The notes: a model not told the origin generated them from the sequence alone. Positions 37,932 to 54,154 are shown, counted from the stretch's first letter. The stretch is DNA of 64,000 nt from the human T2T-CHM13v2.0 reference genome, Homo sapiens (GCF_009914755.1 NC_060938.1), one strand, 5' to 3'. Numbers and translations: made by a program.

Positions 37932-40829
37932 AGAAACACAGATATATTTGAAACTGGCATTTCTAGTTAGTACTAAATATTTGAGGCCTTCAGACCTCAA
38001 TCTGTGATATAAAGTATTAATTTTCATCTACTGAAATATCCCATTGCAAATAGAAGTCCCACAAGACAAGGAGTATGACTGAAACTGGACAAACCAGATG
38101 CCAAGATAGTCAGATTATTTTTGGACCATGAGTCTGGCCTCCAGGGAAAGAAGAAACTTGTCAATTTTACTTTTTTTGCTTGGATCAGAAGATTAAGCCT
38201 GGCAGAGAGATACTGTTTGGGACTAGTGGTTCTCTGGAATTCCTAACCTTCTCTGGGCTTGGGAGGAGTTGGGAGAAGAAAATGCATCATCTGAATGATG
38301 GCCATGGTTACAACAGGCCTCATATGCCAACCAGAGGGAAAGAAAATACTTGCTGAGCAGAGTAACTGGAAAGCAGTAGCTCATAGTTTGAACTAAACTA
38401 CATGATTGAAATCCAGAATAATGTAGATTTTTGGACCAGTGAACACTTGGAAATAAGCTTTCTGGCTGGAAAGCAGCATTTGATGTTAGGGATGGAAAGG
38501 GCTATTGCAATGCTTTTTCCCTGGGCACTTTGTGCTGCCAGATACTCAGGGCCATCTGAAGCATATTTACTTACTCCAGCAGATTTCTCAATAGTTCCAG
38601 CAACAGGAAGGAGTTGACCAGCTTGATAGGTGAATGTAGCCAGGTGGTAGAGTCAGGAAAAGCCTGTCACACTGCTGAGCCCGATGGTAACAGTTCCATC
38701 CTGTTGAGCCCCTGGAGGGTGAACACTTAGGCGGACACATGGATATTGATGTCAGTGCTGCACAGGGCACGGTACTGGACAAGTGTCACAAGTCCAGCTG
38801 GGCAAACTCCAGGATGCCAGGTCACAAGGGCTGTTTCCAGGAAGGGCTGACCCCTGATGTTTACATCCTTTTCCTCTGAAGCTCAGTGGAGCTCACCAGT
38901 CTCAGTTCACCTTGTAGGCCACTGAAGAAATTCCCAATTAGCACAGAGGAACGTCCAACCCTATGGGATTTGAGACTGGAGATTGCAGCCATCACATGAT
39001 GGAAGCAGAATTAGACTCCAAAAACCTTGCCTTGAGTCTCGGCGTCTCGGCTCTGTCATTTGCCAGCCAAATGAGGCCAGGCAAGTCACAATCTCATGGA
39101 GTATTCACTTATCTACCTGTAAAGTAGGAATGTCTGACCTATTTCAGAAGATTGTTCTGAGGATAAAATGAGATGAGGCATTTGTCCTGTCCTCTTCAAA
39201 TGCCATATTGTGATACTTTTCACTTAATTATTTTAAGGGCTTTAAAGACTCCATCTCCTTTACTTTTGACAACATCTCATGGCAGGGGATACTATTTTTA
39301 TCCCCATTTTACAGAGAGAAAAACGGGACCCTGGATGAGTCAAGTGACTTCTTCAAGCTTATACCACTAGGTGGCAGACTCAGGATTTGAACCCTGCTGT
39401 ACAGCTCCAGAGTCTGTCTGACCAAAGCACTCATTCCCAGTGGAGGAAAAGATAGACCATTCTTTTAGAAGTGCGCTTCATTTTTGTTTGGAGAACCACA
39501 AGTACTTTGTTATTGTTCCAGCATCCAGTCTGAGCTTTCTTGTCAGAGGGCAATGGGGAGAGGGGAAGTCGTTTAAGCAGGGAATGGTGAGTTCCGGTTT
39601 GCTGCTTAAAAGGATCACTGGCTTCTAAATAGCGAATAGACACACTGGCTGCCGTGTGGAGGTTGGATGGGGCCAGTGTGGAGAGAGGGCAAAACTGAAT
39701 TCAGGAGTCAGGTGCGAAGCTATTTCATGGAATCCAGGAGAGAAGCCCTGAGGGAGCAGAGCTAATCTTAGGACCTCTCAGACCAGATAGGGAGGGGGAG
39801 TGTGGCACTGATGCTTACAATCAAATTATAGAAAAGAATCCCTCCCTGCGAAGTAGCCCATACTGATGGAAGTAAGCACTAAAGGTTGTTCTCCACATAA
39901 GGAGATCGCTCTGGGTTTCATTTTGCGCCCCCCCGCCCCCTTCCCTGTGATTTCCTGGAGATGTCAGTCTCACTGAAGGCAGCTGAGCACCTTGCTCTGT
40001 TGAGGAGCCGGTGTGATGCAGCTGTGACCATTCCCAAGATGGCCTTCCGGGGATGGCCCTGGGCAGAGCCCCCCAACATCTGACTGAAGCTCCGCTGAGC
40101 TGTCCTCTCCAAGAGGGTCGGGCACCCGGGAGAGATCTCCTCTCCTTGTTCTACCCCATCTCTGGGATCTCTGCATCCTCAGACTGCCGCCTCCTCATCT
40201 ATACTTTTCCTCCTTGTCTCCCATCAGGGGACCAGGGCCTCTCTGCCCGCCTCTTCCAGAGCTGCTGGGCTATAGAGAGGCTGCCCCTTGCCCTCCAGTT
40301 CAGAGGGGGAAGCTAGGATGCCTGAGTTCCAATCCTGGATCATACGGACCATAGGGCTGGGAGATGTGTGTGTGTGTGTGTGTGTAGGGGGTTACCGTAC
40401 CCAAGAGGCCCTCCCCAGCGGCCAATGCCCAGCACACGCTTCACCTTGTCCCTTGCGACTTCTCCCGGGGCAGCCGCTGTGAGACTCAGGATGTCACCTC
40501 CCAGGGAGAGTCTTTGAAAGAAGTGGATGCTCCCATTCCCCACTCCAACGCCACAGCCCACCCTGTGCGGGTCATCCAGCGACTTCCCAGTTACTCTTCC
40601 CAGATGCAGCAGGGAGGCAGATCTCTCGGCGCCTTCGTGTCACAGCATTCTCATCTGATAAATGGGGCTAGGAGTATTTTCCCTGCCTACTTCACCAGGA
40701 TGTTGGGACAATCACGAGCTTGAGCTAAGAAATATACATGCTTAAGGCATTATTATTAGCCAGGTGAGCCTTCTGGTGGGTGCCGGCTGCTGGGGCTCTC
40801 TCAGGCTTCCTCGGGCAGGAGTGCCGGGA

Positions 40830-41870
40830 GAAAGTTACTCTTTATCCCACTCTCTCCCGGGGCCTACTCCCGCGGAGCTCCTCGGCGGGGGGTTGACCAC
40901 GAGTGGCTCCTCTTGCCCCTCTCCCATTGGCTTTCACCTGCCAGAGGGTCGGCTTCAACAGGCCTCTTGGCCCGTCAATCAGGCCCGCCGTGCTCCGCCC
41001 CGCCCCTCCCGGGGGTTTATAACGGGAATTCCCATGGCCCGGGCTCAGGCGTCCAACCTGCTGCCGCCTGGGCCCCGCCGAGCGGAGCTAGCGCCGCGCG
41101 CAGAGCACACGCTCGCGCTCCAGCTCCCCTCCTGCGCGGTTCATGACTGTGTCCCCTGACCGCAGCCTCTGCGAGCCCCCGCCGCAGGACCACGGCCCGC
41201 TCCCCGCCGCCGCGAGGGCCCCGAGCGAAGGAAGGAAGGGAGGCGCGCTGTGCGCCCCGCGGAGCCCGCGAACCCCGCTCGCTGCCGGCTGCCCAGCCTG
41301 GCTGGCACCATGCTGCCCGCGCGCTGCGCCCGCCTGCTCACGCCCCACTTGCTGCTGGTGTTGGTGCAGCTGTCCCCTGCTCGCGGCCACCGCACCACAG
41401 GCCCCAGGGTAAGTGCGCCCCCAGCTTTGCGCCCACCTGCGGAGGGAGGGGAGGTTGCTTCCCCCCTCATCCCTGAGGGAAGGAGGAGGGGGAAGAGAGA
41501 TGTCAGAGACCTGTTGTCCTCTGTCTACTACCAGGTCCCCTGCGGGCTTGGTGAAGTTGCTGAAATATTTTTTTTCTCCCATTGGAGCCACCACCACTCT
41601 CCCTTTCTTGACCCACCATCCCTCCCCTGTCCCCGAACTGTCACTGGTGGGTTTTCTTTCCCAATCTCTTCTCTCCTGCATTTTGCTCAAGACCCTCAGA
41701 GGTGCCTCCTGCGTCGGAGAGAAGCTCGCTCTCCGCTCATGCAGGGCTTCCCTGTGGTCTCACGCTGGCGCCCGGTCCAGCGCGCTGGAGTTGTTGGCAG
41801 GCGGCGGGGGTTGGGACGGGGGCGGGTGCAGCTCTGCCTGGAGAGTTTTAGGTTACCCGCGAGCCACACA
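40830..41870 (+). promoter_or_regulatory. SMOC1: SMOC1 CpG-island promoter, 5'UTR and start of intron 1
   Basis: Abrupt rise in GC and CpG density. Inverted CCAAT (ATTGG 40926-40930), tandem GC boxes (CCGCCCCGCCCC 40995-41006), TATA-like TTTATAA (41016-41022) and GGGAATTCCC (41024-41033). TSS inferred near 41045-41055. Confidence 0.85.
41310..41408 (+). CDS. SMOC1: SMOC1 (SPARC-related modular calcium-binding protein 1) coding exon 1, encoding the signal peptide and first mature residues; phase-0 intron follows
   Basis: Translation MLPARCARLLTPHLLLVLVQLSPARGHRTTGPR is recognisable as the SMOC1 N-terminus. Kozak gcaccATGc has A at -3. Canonical donor AGG|GTAAGT at 41408/41409. Lies inside a CpG island. 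No downstream exon recognised in the window. Confidence 0.95.
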
Positions 41871-44629
41871 AGGACCTTGTGTTGTTGTTTTAAAAAGCGA
41901 TCACTGCTCGTAAAACCCACAGCAGATAATTTTAATGTCACCTCCTGCCGGGCAGGCACTGGAAGAGGGTCAGAGGTGGGGTACTGTAAAGAGGTGGGAG
42001 GGGAGAGTTGCGCAATGTTCAGGGGTCTCTCCCCCTGGGTTCAGTGCTGGGAGGTTGAATTACTCGTTGAACCTTGGTCTGATTGGAGTTTCTGAACGAC
42101 ATGAAACCTGCCAATTCTGTGCACAGGACAGATTGTCCAGGGCATTGTAAAATCTCCTGGAACCGACAGTATTGTGTTCATTTCTGGTCTAGATTATCCC
42201 CGCAACACCCCCCACCAATTGGTCTAATAAAGAATTTCACTGCCTTGAAACATGTACTATTAAACGACCTAGTGGTTCTTTTGACCAAACTTAATCCAGG
42301 CAATCTCTGGCCAAGCATCAGTTTATGTCAGGGCAATTGACTCTTAACTGGCAGCCTGAGAGTCCATGTGAAAGTAGCTAGGATCTTTGTGAAAACAAGG
42401 TTGGCTCAACCAACTCGTGCTTTCTTTCTTGAACATCCTTGGGCCTGGCCCTTTACCACCTGTTCAGATTGCAGGTTGTTTATTCATAGCTTTTACTATA
42501 TGAGAATCATCTTTATAGCTGTCGTGTGGAGAAAAAGTCTTGCAATGCTTGACAAGTCTTAATGACTGCCCAGATGCTGGGTTGATTACATCCAAGCCCA
42601 GGTATCACTGTGAGATCAGATTTGCAGCCATTTAGGAAAGAAAAGTGTTTGTCCCCGTGTTGGGCCAGCCCTTGCTTTTATGACCAGATGTGCAACAGCA
42701 GCAGTTAAAGTGTGGCAGATTAGATCCAGGGCGTGTCATAAATCCTCGACAGCAGGCATTCCCAAAGCTGGGGCAAGTAAGGGCTCCAGGAGTGACTTTT
42801 ATGGATGCAGATGAGGATGCCTTTTAAATGAAGCTGCTTGGTTTGATATTAGGACTCAGAGCTCTTAAACTCTGAGGTCAGGCGAGCCATGCGTTCCCTC
42901 CAATAATTAGGAACAGTCAAGACAGAGATGCAGACCAGAGCACCCCTACTGAAATCTGGATGGCCGCCCACAGGAGGGTCGAAAGGAGAGAGGCCCTGAG
43001 ACAAATGGTGGGGGGCTCGTTTGTTTGCTGCTGGGCTTGTCTAGAGTCTCAAGCCATATGGCTCTCCTTCCTGGCCTCCTGGAATCAGAGGAAGCAACCT
43101 TTAGGGGAAAGCTAGGGACTTGAGGGGAAATCAGGCACCGTGGTTAGGTTCCTTCCAGCTCCTCTAGTTTATTAATTTGATAGAAGTGATGGAACGTAAG
43201 CAGGAATTGTAAATAGGCTGGTGTATGTCCAAGCTGCTTCACACTCTCTCTCTCCTTCTTTCTTTTTTTCCCTCTTTCTCTCTCTCACTCAAATACATAC
43301 ATGCACAAACACACACACACATGTGCACACACATCTTGGTGTGTTTAGAAAGTACCAAGGAGAAGGTGCTGTCTCGAGCATGTGGTTACCTGGTTGTGTT
43401 TATAGATAACAATAAGAGCTACCACTTATGAACATCTGGGCTGGGCACTTTACATGATCTCTTACTCGAACGAGAACAAGAAGTTGGGTCTTTTAAAAGC
43501 CATTTTACAGATGACAAAGTGAGACTCAGGGTGGCCAATCGACTTGCCTGAGCTTCCAGTTTATATGGATTGAAAAGTTGTGTGCTCTCCCCACCACCAG
43601 GCAGCTATAGTGAGTGTTCATCCGAGTGATGCTGTTTCTGTTAAAGAAAGAGATGGCTCGATGAGAAATACAGAACCCGGATACATCAGGGGAGTCTGCA
43701 GAGAAATTGTTAATATTTTTTTGGTGTCTGTATCACTTAAGGCAAATGACTGAATTTCAACCTATCCCCAAAGACTCCAGTTCTTTTCTATGGCTTATTG
43801 GGGGCCTCAAAAGTGTAGCTCTGGTTGTTGAGAGCGGCGTCATCCGAGGAGCAGAAACATCTGGCTTGTTGCATTATTCCCTGTGGGCGCTCCTAAGTCT
43901 CTTCTGTTAATCTTTTGAGTGACAGAGGCTTAAGGATTGGCATCTTTTCCAGCTGGCTTTCTAGGAAACCAAGAGCATGCCCTTTCAGTTTAACTTTATC
44001 TGGCTCACTAATTGAGCTCCCCCGAGGCCTAGACCCCAGTCCTCGCCCCCTTATTTGCTTCCTGCCTTCCTTCATAAAATTCTTGACATTTGTTTGACTC
44101 TGGAAACCAGCGGCTATCGAGTATCAGATTGGAGGCTATTATGTAGGAAGCACCTGATTTTGGGGTCTCTCAACTGTGAGTGGTTGCTTGGCTAGCTGGG
44201 ACGTTGGTCAGGATTCTTTTAATCACTGAGGAGGCAGCCGTTTCTTTAATCCTGCACAATTTACTGAAAATGTTTCAGGGGAGGATGGGATGGGGGAGGG
44301 GCTCTCCCTGGCTGATGGTGTCTGGCCGATGGTCAAGCCAACTGCCTGTCTTTGTTAAATTCTGTGTCTCCCTTGAAGATGGAAAGCTGGGTGAAGGCAG
44401 GAACTGTTTCTGTCTTGTCCAGGGATTTATCTCCAGAGCTCAGCAAGGGGCCAGACACCTGTCAAGATTTACTTTGTTGGTACTGATGGAATGAACAAAT
44501 AAATGCAGATAATGTGTGTTTGAGAGTGATTACAGGTTCCACTTTGACTGGAGGCAGGAACTAGATTTAAGAAGTGTGAGAAATAGGAGATGATGCGAAG
44601 ATCAAGAGGTCTGAGTCAGAAATGGATTT

Positions 44630-46740
<2,111 letters not shown>

Positions 46741-46902
46741 AAACTTATTTCTTAAATGTTTTAGATATTTGTTATTTCTTCTCTCGCCTCTTGATCACTT
46801 GATTCATCCTTCAAAACCCAGTTCCAACATTACTCTCTAGGAACTTTTCTACAGAGCATTCTTTTTGCTTAGGAACGATTACTCTCTCCTTCGAACAACT
46901 TC

Positions 46903-47836
<934 letters not shown>

Positions 47837-48574
47837 CTAACTTGTATTAATCCTCCTGCAGTGAGCATCTTAATATCAGGCCAGCATCTTCCTCTTCTTT
47901 GCACCAAGTTGGCCCTTTAGCATTTCATGCATGATCTGTTTTGTTAAATGAACAAATCTGCAAGCCCCTTGAGGACAGAATAGAGACCTCATTCATCAGG
48001 GTGCTTGTCACATTGTAAAGCATTCTGTAAATATATATTGAAATGAAGTGGACTGCATAATGATGTCCAACCTGAACCCCTGCTGTTGTTTAAATCTGAA
48101 ATTGGTTACTTACAAACTGGCTTTTCCATTTTTGAGTTTTTGTTCTTTGTTTAAAAATAAGTGTGTTTGGTAGTTACAGGAAGGCTGGGGGAAGAGAGAC
48201 TCAACATGCGAATTTGAATAGGGAAACTGGCTTTATAGCTCCTCCCCAGTCCTTTTTTGTATCTTGCATTTGCCAAGAGTGAAACAGCTTCTAAACTGTT
48301 TCCTTCCATTTGACTAGCCCATCCCAGCATCTGGTCCAGGGTGGGTCCTTGTGTCTGCTTAGATGCTTTTCCTATTATCTGTGCCCCTGACAAGAATCCT
48401 TCTTTTCCATATGGGGGGATTTAGCTGAAGTGCTACTGAAGTGTTAGGCCAAGGACCAGATTTAAACATTTTGGTAGAGCTGACATGTGAAATTTATAGA
48501 AACAAAAGGACAGGAAGAGGAAACAATCATCTTAGGATCTCTAGGAAATGCAATCAAAATAGAAAAGAATTGAT

Positions 48575-49200
48575 ATGATCTAATTATCTTCTGAAGTTGA
48601 GTATTCACATTTCTTATGGCCCAGCAATTCCACTCCGGCTCTATGTGCCCAGGAGAAACTCATGTCCTGTGCAACTATGTTTATAATATCACATGCCTGG
48701 AAAGAGCCCAGATGCTCATCAGTGGGAGGGCAGATGAGTAAACTGTGATGAATTCACAGTGTAAAATTATACTCAGCCAAAACAAGTGAACAACAGTGAC
48801 ATGCAAAAATATGGATAAATCTTGGCAATATGATATTAAGTGAAAGAAAATTACCAAAAGATACAGTAACTTATAAATAACTAAAATTAAAAAAAAGTTT
48901 TTAGACTACATACAGCTACAACAAAATGCTATGAAAAGCATAGTAAAGTAATGATGGATACAGATTCAGGGTGAAGTTAGGGTGAGGCAGGGGGATAGGA
49001 TGGGTAAAACCATATGGTTGGTGTGGGTTGGTGTTGATACTCTACCTTTTTGGGGGAGAGGGAGGATGGGCTAAAGGCATTTGTCCATTATTCAAGATCT
49101 AATAGCTGATAAAAAAGTGAGCCCTGCATAAACCAATGCTGAGTGTATCATGAGCCAAAGATTAAAATTAATTCAATTCTTTGCATGTGAGGTCAAACAA
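48575..49200 (+). mobile_element. Old L1 3' fragment (L1MD/L1ME-like)
   Basis: CCCAGCAATTCCACTCC...GGAAAGAGCCCAGATGCTCATCAG. Confidence 0.6.
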
Positions 49201-50653
49201 AAAGTCCCAGAGTAAGGGACTCCTTTCTTGCCACCTTCTGCTTCCTCCCCACCTTTCAAGATGTGCATGTGGCTCTATCTAAAATAACCCCACTGGGGAG
49301 TGATTTTGGCTTCTAGACCCAGAGCAGACCCAGGCCCTGGCATAAACGTCTGCATCAGGTGGCCTAAGGGCTCATTTGTAAAGCTAAGCTGGCAGTGGGC
49401 AGTCTTCCCTTTTCCTTGCTCAGGGTGATTCACCCTGCAGAGTGGAAGTGTTCATGAGCTGATGCATGGGTCAGAAACTTTATTTGCCAGTGGGGCCTGT
49501 GGGTGGAGGTAGTGTCTGGACTAGGGGAAGGCCTGTTTCTAGTTTGATGCCTGTCTTTATTCCAACCTCCCCTCACCGCCTTTTGCAGGAGCTGGGGGTG
49601 GGATGCATGGTCCTGCTTAGCAGGTACAGGGCACCCTTTCTCTCTGGGCCACATAGAGATTTATTGTTTAGGCAGCCAAGTCCTGGTATTGCTGCTAGTG
49701 GTAGAGGATGTCAGTGTGGAGGGCCCCCTCCTTCCATGTTTGGGGAGGACAAAGGTTGAGTTGCGGATGAGAAATCAATCGGAGCTGCTTGTGAGGCCGC
49801 CAAACAGGGTTAGATTTGTACAGTATGTGCTCTGCATGGGTCATGAGTCACTGAGAGGTTCAGAGATTGGATTGCCATGAATCACTTCCAACTGTCCCCA
49901 TGAAGACCCCAAAGCAACATAGGTGACTATAGGGTTTTCTTTTGCATCCAACATCATTCGGAATTCAGTTGCTAGATCACAAAATAATCTTACCTTTGGC
50001 CACATCTAAGCTTGTTAGGTATGGAGCTCTGCATACTTCCTGGACGTCACCTTGGTTGATTTCAGCATCCTTTTTTTGAGTCAGAATGGGGCAGCCTCTC
50101 TAAGACAGGAAAGGTAGCTCTCATCTCAGTAGAGCCTTTCCCACCACCAGGGAGCACTGGGACTGAGCAAAGTTCCATGAGGTCAGGCATAATGTGTTTT
50201 GAAACCTGACAAATTATCTAGAGGTTTGAACAACTACGCCTCGCCTCCTTAAAATCTATTTTACACTACGGTGTTGATTGGATTCTATAAGATAAGGGCT
50301 GAAAGCCTTTTTTTTTTCTTTTAAAGTATTGACAGTGGAGAAAAATTGGACCTGCTTCCCAGAGTGGTTTATTTTTAGAACTAGATATGCATTCTAAGGC
50401 AGTGCTGGGAGTTTTAAATAATTTTTATGGATGTTCATTATGCATTTATTCTTGAAACTTCTGCCAAACCCCTGGGGAGAGGACACATTGTAGATAACAA
50501 ATAAAAGAGTGAGATAGGGAGTGTTATAAAAGGACATGTATTACTCCTTCACTTCCTCCTTCCAAAGTGCCAGTGACCTGCTTAAAAACGATGATGCCAG
50601 TGACTTCTCTTCATCCACAGAACTTTCCACAAGGATGGACATGTTTTATAACT

Positions 50654-50801
50654 GCACTGTCCAATATTAGCCACATGTGGCTATTGAATATTTGAAATGT
50701 GGTTAGTACACTGAGGACCTGAATTTTAAATTAAATTAAATTAATGTAAATATGAATGTTAATAGCCACATGTGGTTGGTGGCTATCATATTGGACAGTG
50801 C
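50654..50801. mobile_element. MER3-like palindromic hAT MITE
   Basis: TIR GCACTGTCCAATAT / ATATTGGACAGTGC; internal AGCCACATGTGG repeats. Confidence 0.8.
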
Positions 50802-51253
50802 TGGACTCTGACCAGTGTGTCCAACCTTACCTTCTGCTGGATACCCCCATGTGCCCTAGACCTCAGCAGGGCTGAACCACTGTACTTCCTGATCTCTCCT
50901 TCCTTCCCCATTTCTGTCTGTCAGAATCCTGCCCATCATTCAAAAGGTTCAGATGTTACCTCCATGCAGTCCTTCTAGATTGGTCCCAGGAAGAATTCTC
51001 TCAGCTTCCTTTAAGCAAAGAATCATTTGCTTACCCCTATGATGGCATGTGTCACCATCTTCCCTGTATCCCAGCCAACCAGGAGCAGCCTCAGCATAGG
51101 CTCAGAGGCAGACAGACTTAAGTGTGAGTCTGGCTCTGCTGTTGGGCACCCGGGCTAGTAATCTGGCCTCTTAGGTCCTCTGTTCCCTGATTTGTCCAAT
51201 GGAGGTCACAGCACCTCTTTTCCAGGGTGGTGGGGAAAATGGATGATGTGCCT

Positions 51254-51717
51254 TGTATTAGCTTTCTATTGCTGCCATGACAAATGAACACAAACTTAGT
51301 GACTTAAACAACACAAATTTCTACAGATCAGAAGTCTGACATGGCTCTTAATGGGCTAAAAAAATCAGCAGGACTGAGTTCCTTTCTGGAGCTCTAGGAG
51401 AGAATCTATTTTCTTGCCTTTTCCAGCCTCTAGAATCTGCCTGCATTCCTCGGCTTGTGGCCCCTTCCACCTTTAAAGCTAGCAATCATTGGCCAAATCT
51501 TTCCTCATGCTGCCAGGGTCTCTCTGGTTCTGAATTTTCTGTGTCCCTCTTTGCAGTTTAAGGACTCTTGTGATTACACTGGGCCCACCCAGATAATTCA
51601 AACTAATCTCCTTATTTTAAGTTTAGCTGATTAGAACAAACCTCCTTGCCCTGTAACATAGCATTATTAGGATTAGCACATGGACATCTTTGTGGGGAGC
51701 GTGATTCTGCCTACCAC
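51254..51717 (-). mobile_element. MaLR LTR (MLT1C/D-like), inserted in a MIR
   Basis: TGTATTAGCTTTCTATTGCTGCCATGACAAAT...ATTCTGCCTACCACA. Confidence 0.78.
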
Positions 51718-52409
51718 ATTCATTAAGGGCCTGGTACAGTGCCTGGCTCATAGAAAGTGCTTTACAATTGAAGCCATCATTATGACCAGCATCTGTTAGT
51801 TTCTTTCCTTTAGGGTAGGAGCCTCTTAATGATGAAGTCGCTTAATTTTCTTTATAGACTCCATCCTGCCCGAAAGCAGGTGCTTAATAAATGTTTATTG
51901 AATAATAGAATTTTCAATAAAGGTAGATATGTCTTTCCTTATAAAGATATATTGGATAGTAAAAAGTAATATGCAAAAAAGGGAATAGATGATCCCATTT
52001 AGGCAAAAAAGAAAGATGGTTTATGTGTTAAAAAATTAGGTAGATTGTATGTCATGCTGTTGGTGGTGGTGATCATGGGGATGTTCAATTTCCAAGAGAT
52101 GCATTTTGGTAACTATTAACACAATTTCGTTTACAATGAGCATCTTTTAATCTTAGAGCAAAATAATAAAGATTAAAACATGCATGATTGAAAAATGCCC
52201 CCTAAACCTGCCTCAGCCCATCCTGATTCCTGAGTCACCCTGGCATTCAGTCTACATCTGACACAATTGGCCTGTATTCACGTTGGGCTAACTTTTAGGG
52301 CTAGTAACTATTAGTGCCAGGACTGCTCATTTTCAGCATACTTTGAGCTCAGACTGCTTTAAAGGAGAGTTTTCAATTAACCTCAGCAGGACATAACTGT
52401 AAAAAATAT

Positions 52410-53050
52410 ATTTATTGCTGCTGGTGGGAATATAAATTAGTATAACTTTGTACAATTACAGTTGAAGTTGTACACACTCTTTGACCTTGTAATTCTGCTC
52501 TGGTACATACCCTGGAGAAATTCTAATGTATATGGAGAGATAAGTTCGAGACTGTTCATAGCAGCATTTTCTGGTGGTGGTAAAACATGGGAAATTAGCC
52601 AAATGACCACCAACAGAAGAATAGAAAAATAAATTAAAGTATATACAAATAATGAACTATTACACAGTACTGAAAATGACTAATCTAAAGCTGTACTCAT
52701 TATTGCAGATGAATTTCACCAATGTTGCATGAAAAAGGCAAATTGCAGAATAATACATAATGCTATTTTTTACATAAAGGTTGAAAGCATGCAAAAGCTA
52801 TATTGTTTAGATGTAAAAAATGTAAAATAAAATTAAGAGCAGTGATGAATGCTGTGTGGAGCTCAGGTTAATTGTTAAGTAGGGCAAACTGGAATATGTC
52901 AGGGGACACATAGAAGGCTTGGATTGAATGGTAATATTGTTTGTCTTTAAATTGGGTGGTGAATACATATATTCTTAAATTCCTTTTTGTATATATTAAG
53001 GAATACATTATACATTTTTCATAAGATATTAAAATACATTTACATAGAGC
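52410..53050 (+). mobile_element. Old L1 3' fragment (L1ME-like)
   Basis: TGCTGGTGGGAATATAAATTAGTATAAC...GTTCATAGCAGCATT. Confidence 0.6.
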
Positions 53051-53400
53051 ACAAACAGGGTTTAAGAACAAATATTAAAAGTGATGCTTCTGGAAGGGGT
53101 TCTCAGCTGCATGAAGCTGAGCATGACTTTCCTTTCATCTGAAGGACAGGCTCAGGGGTGTTTAACCGAAGTTGCAATCCCTCTTCCCTCCCTACCCCCT
53201 GAACTGCATCTGCTGGCGTCTCCCTCCTACCCTCCTCAGGGCCAGGAGGGGCTGCTGCTGCCTTCTCCCGGCCTGTGCCTGCCAGCGTTAGTGCTCGTCT
53301 CTGCCCTCCCCAGGCCTCTGCTTGCCTGTCATCCTTGCCCTCCCTGGATGATCATGAATGAGGTTCTTCTTCATCTTCTCCAAGTTATTCACCGTCGGTT

Positions 53401-53569
53401 TAAGATTTCCAAAGTCGGAAAATAAAAATACAGAATGCCCAGGTAAATTGGAATTTCAGATAAACGACAAATTATGTTTTAGCATAAGTATGACCCGCAT
53501 AAAAATTATTCATTGTTTATCTGAAATTGAAATTGAACTGAGTATCTTTTATTGTATCTGCCAATCCTA
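53401..53569 (+). mobile_element. MER53 (copy 3, internally deleted)
   Basis: AATAAAAATACAGAATGCCCAGGTAAATTGGAATTTCAGATAAAC...TGTTTATCTGAAATT...ATCTGCCAATCCTA. Confidence 0.8.
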
Positions 53570-54154
53570 AATTAGTTCCTTTCTTTTGTAAATTACCTGC
53601 CCAGGGTTTTGGCTAATTTAAAAAATAGGGATGGTAAGTTTTTAAAAAAAATACTGAAGATATTAATCTGTTTTTCTGTCAAGTCTGGCAAATGCCTGTC
53701 TCAGTATGTTATATGAAAGGACGAGGGTTTCAATCCACTGAACTTTTACATGTTTATGTGGCTAATCTATTGTTATGGTTTCTGTCTTTGGTGTCAGGCT
53801 GAGAAAGGCCTTCTACTAAGATTATAGAAATTAGGGTGAATAAATTTCTAGAGACTTGGGTTGCACAAGCAGCAACAAATGCATGACACACTGGTCACCG
53901 ATTAATGTTTGCTGTAAGTTTCTCTAGTATGTTCTGAATGGAACTTCTAAATGTAATCCTTTGGAGAGCATACTTGTTCCATGCTTCAGAAATTCCAGTA
54001 ACATTTGGAAAGAAGATATGCCAACTGGAAGATTCTGTGAAGGTAATTGGGGAAATTTATTTAAAACGTGTTGGTAAGCAAGCTGTATCGGAAATGACAC
54101 TAGAACTTGGCAAAGGACTTAGACTGTCCATCTTTGGGTCCTATCTAGTCATTA

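Noticed and set aside
41088-41690. 200-aa antisense ORF over the CpG island
   Set aside because: Stop-codon depletion is expected at high GC, and the product resembles no known protein.
41250-42095. 281-aa ORF spanning SMOC1 exon 1
   Set aside because: It starts at a GTG and reads through the donor into GC-rich intron. Only 41310-41408 is supported as coding.
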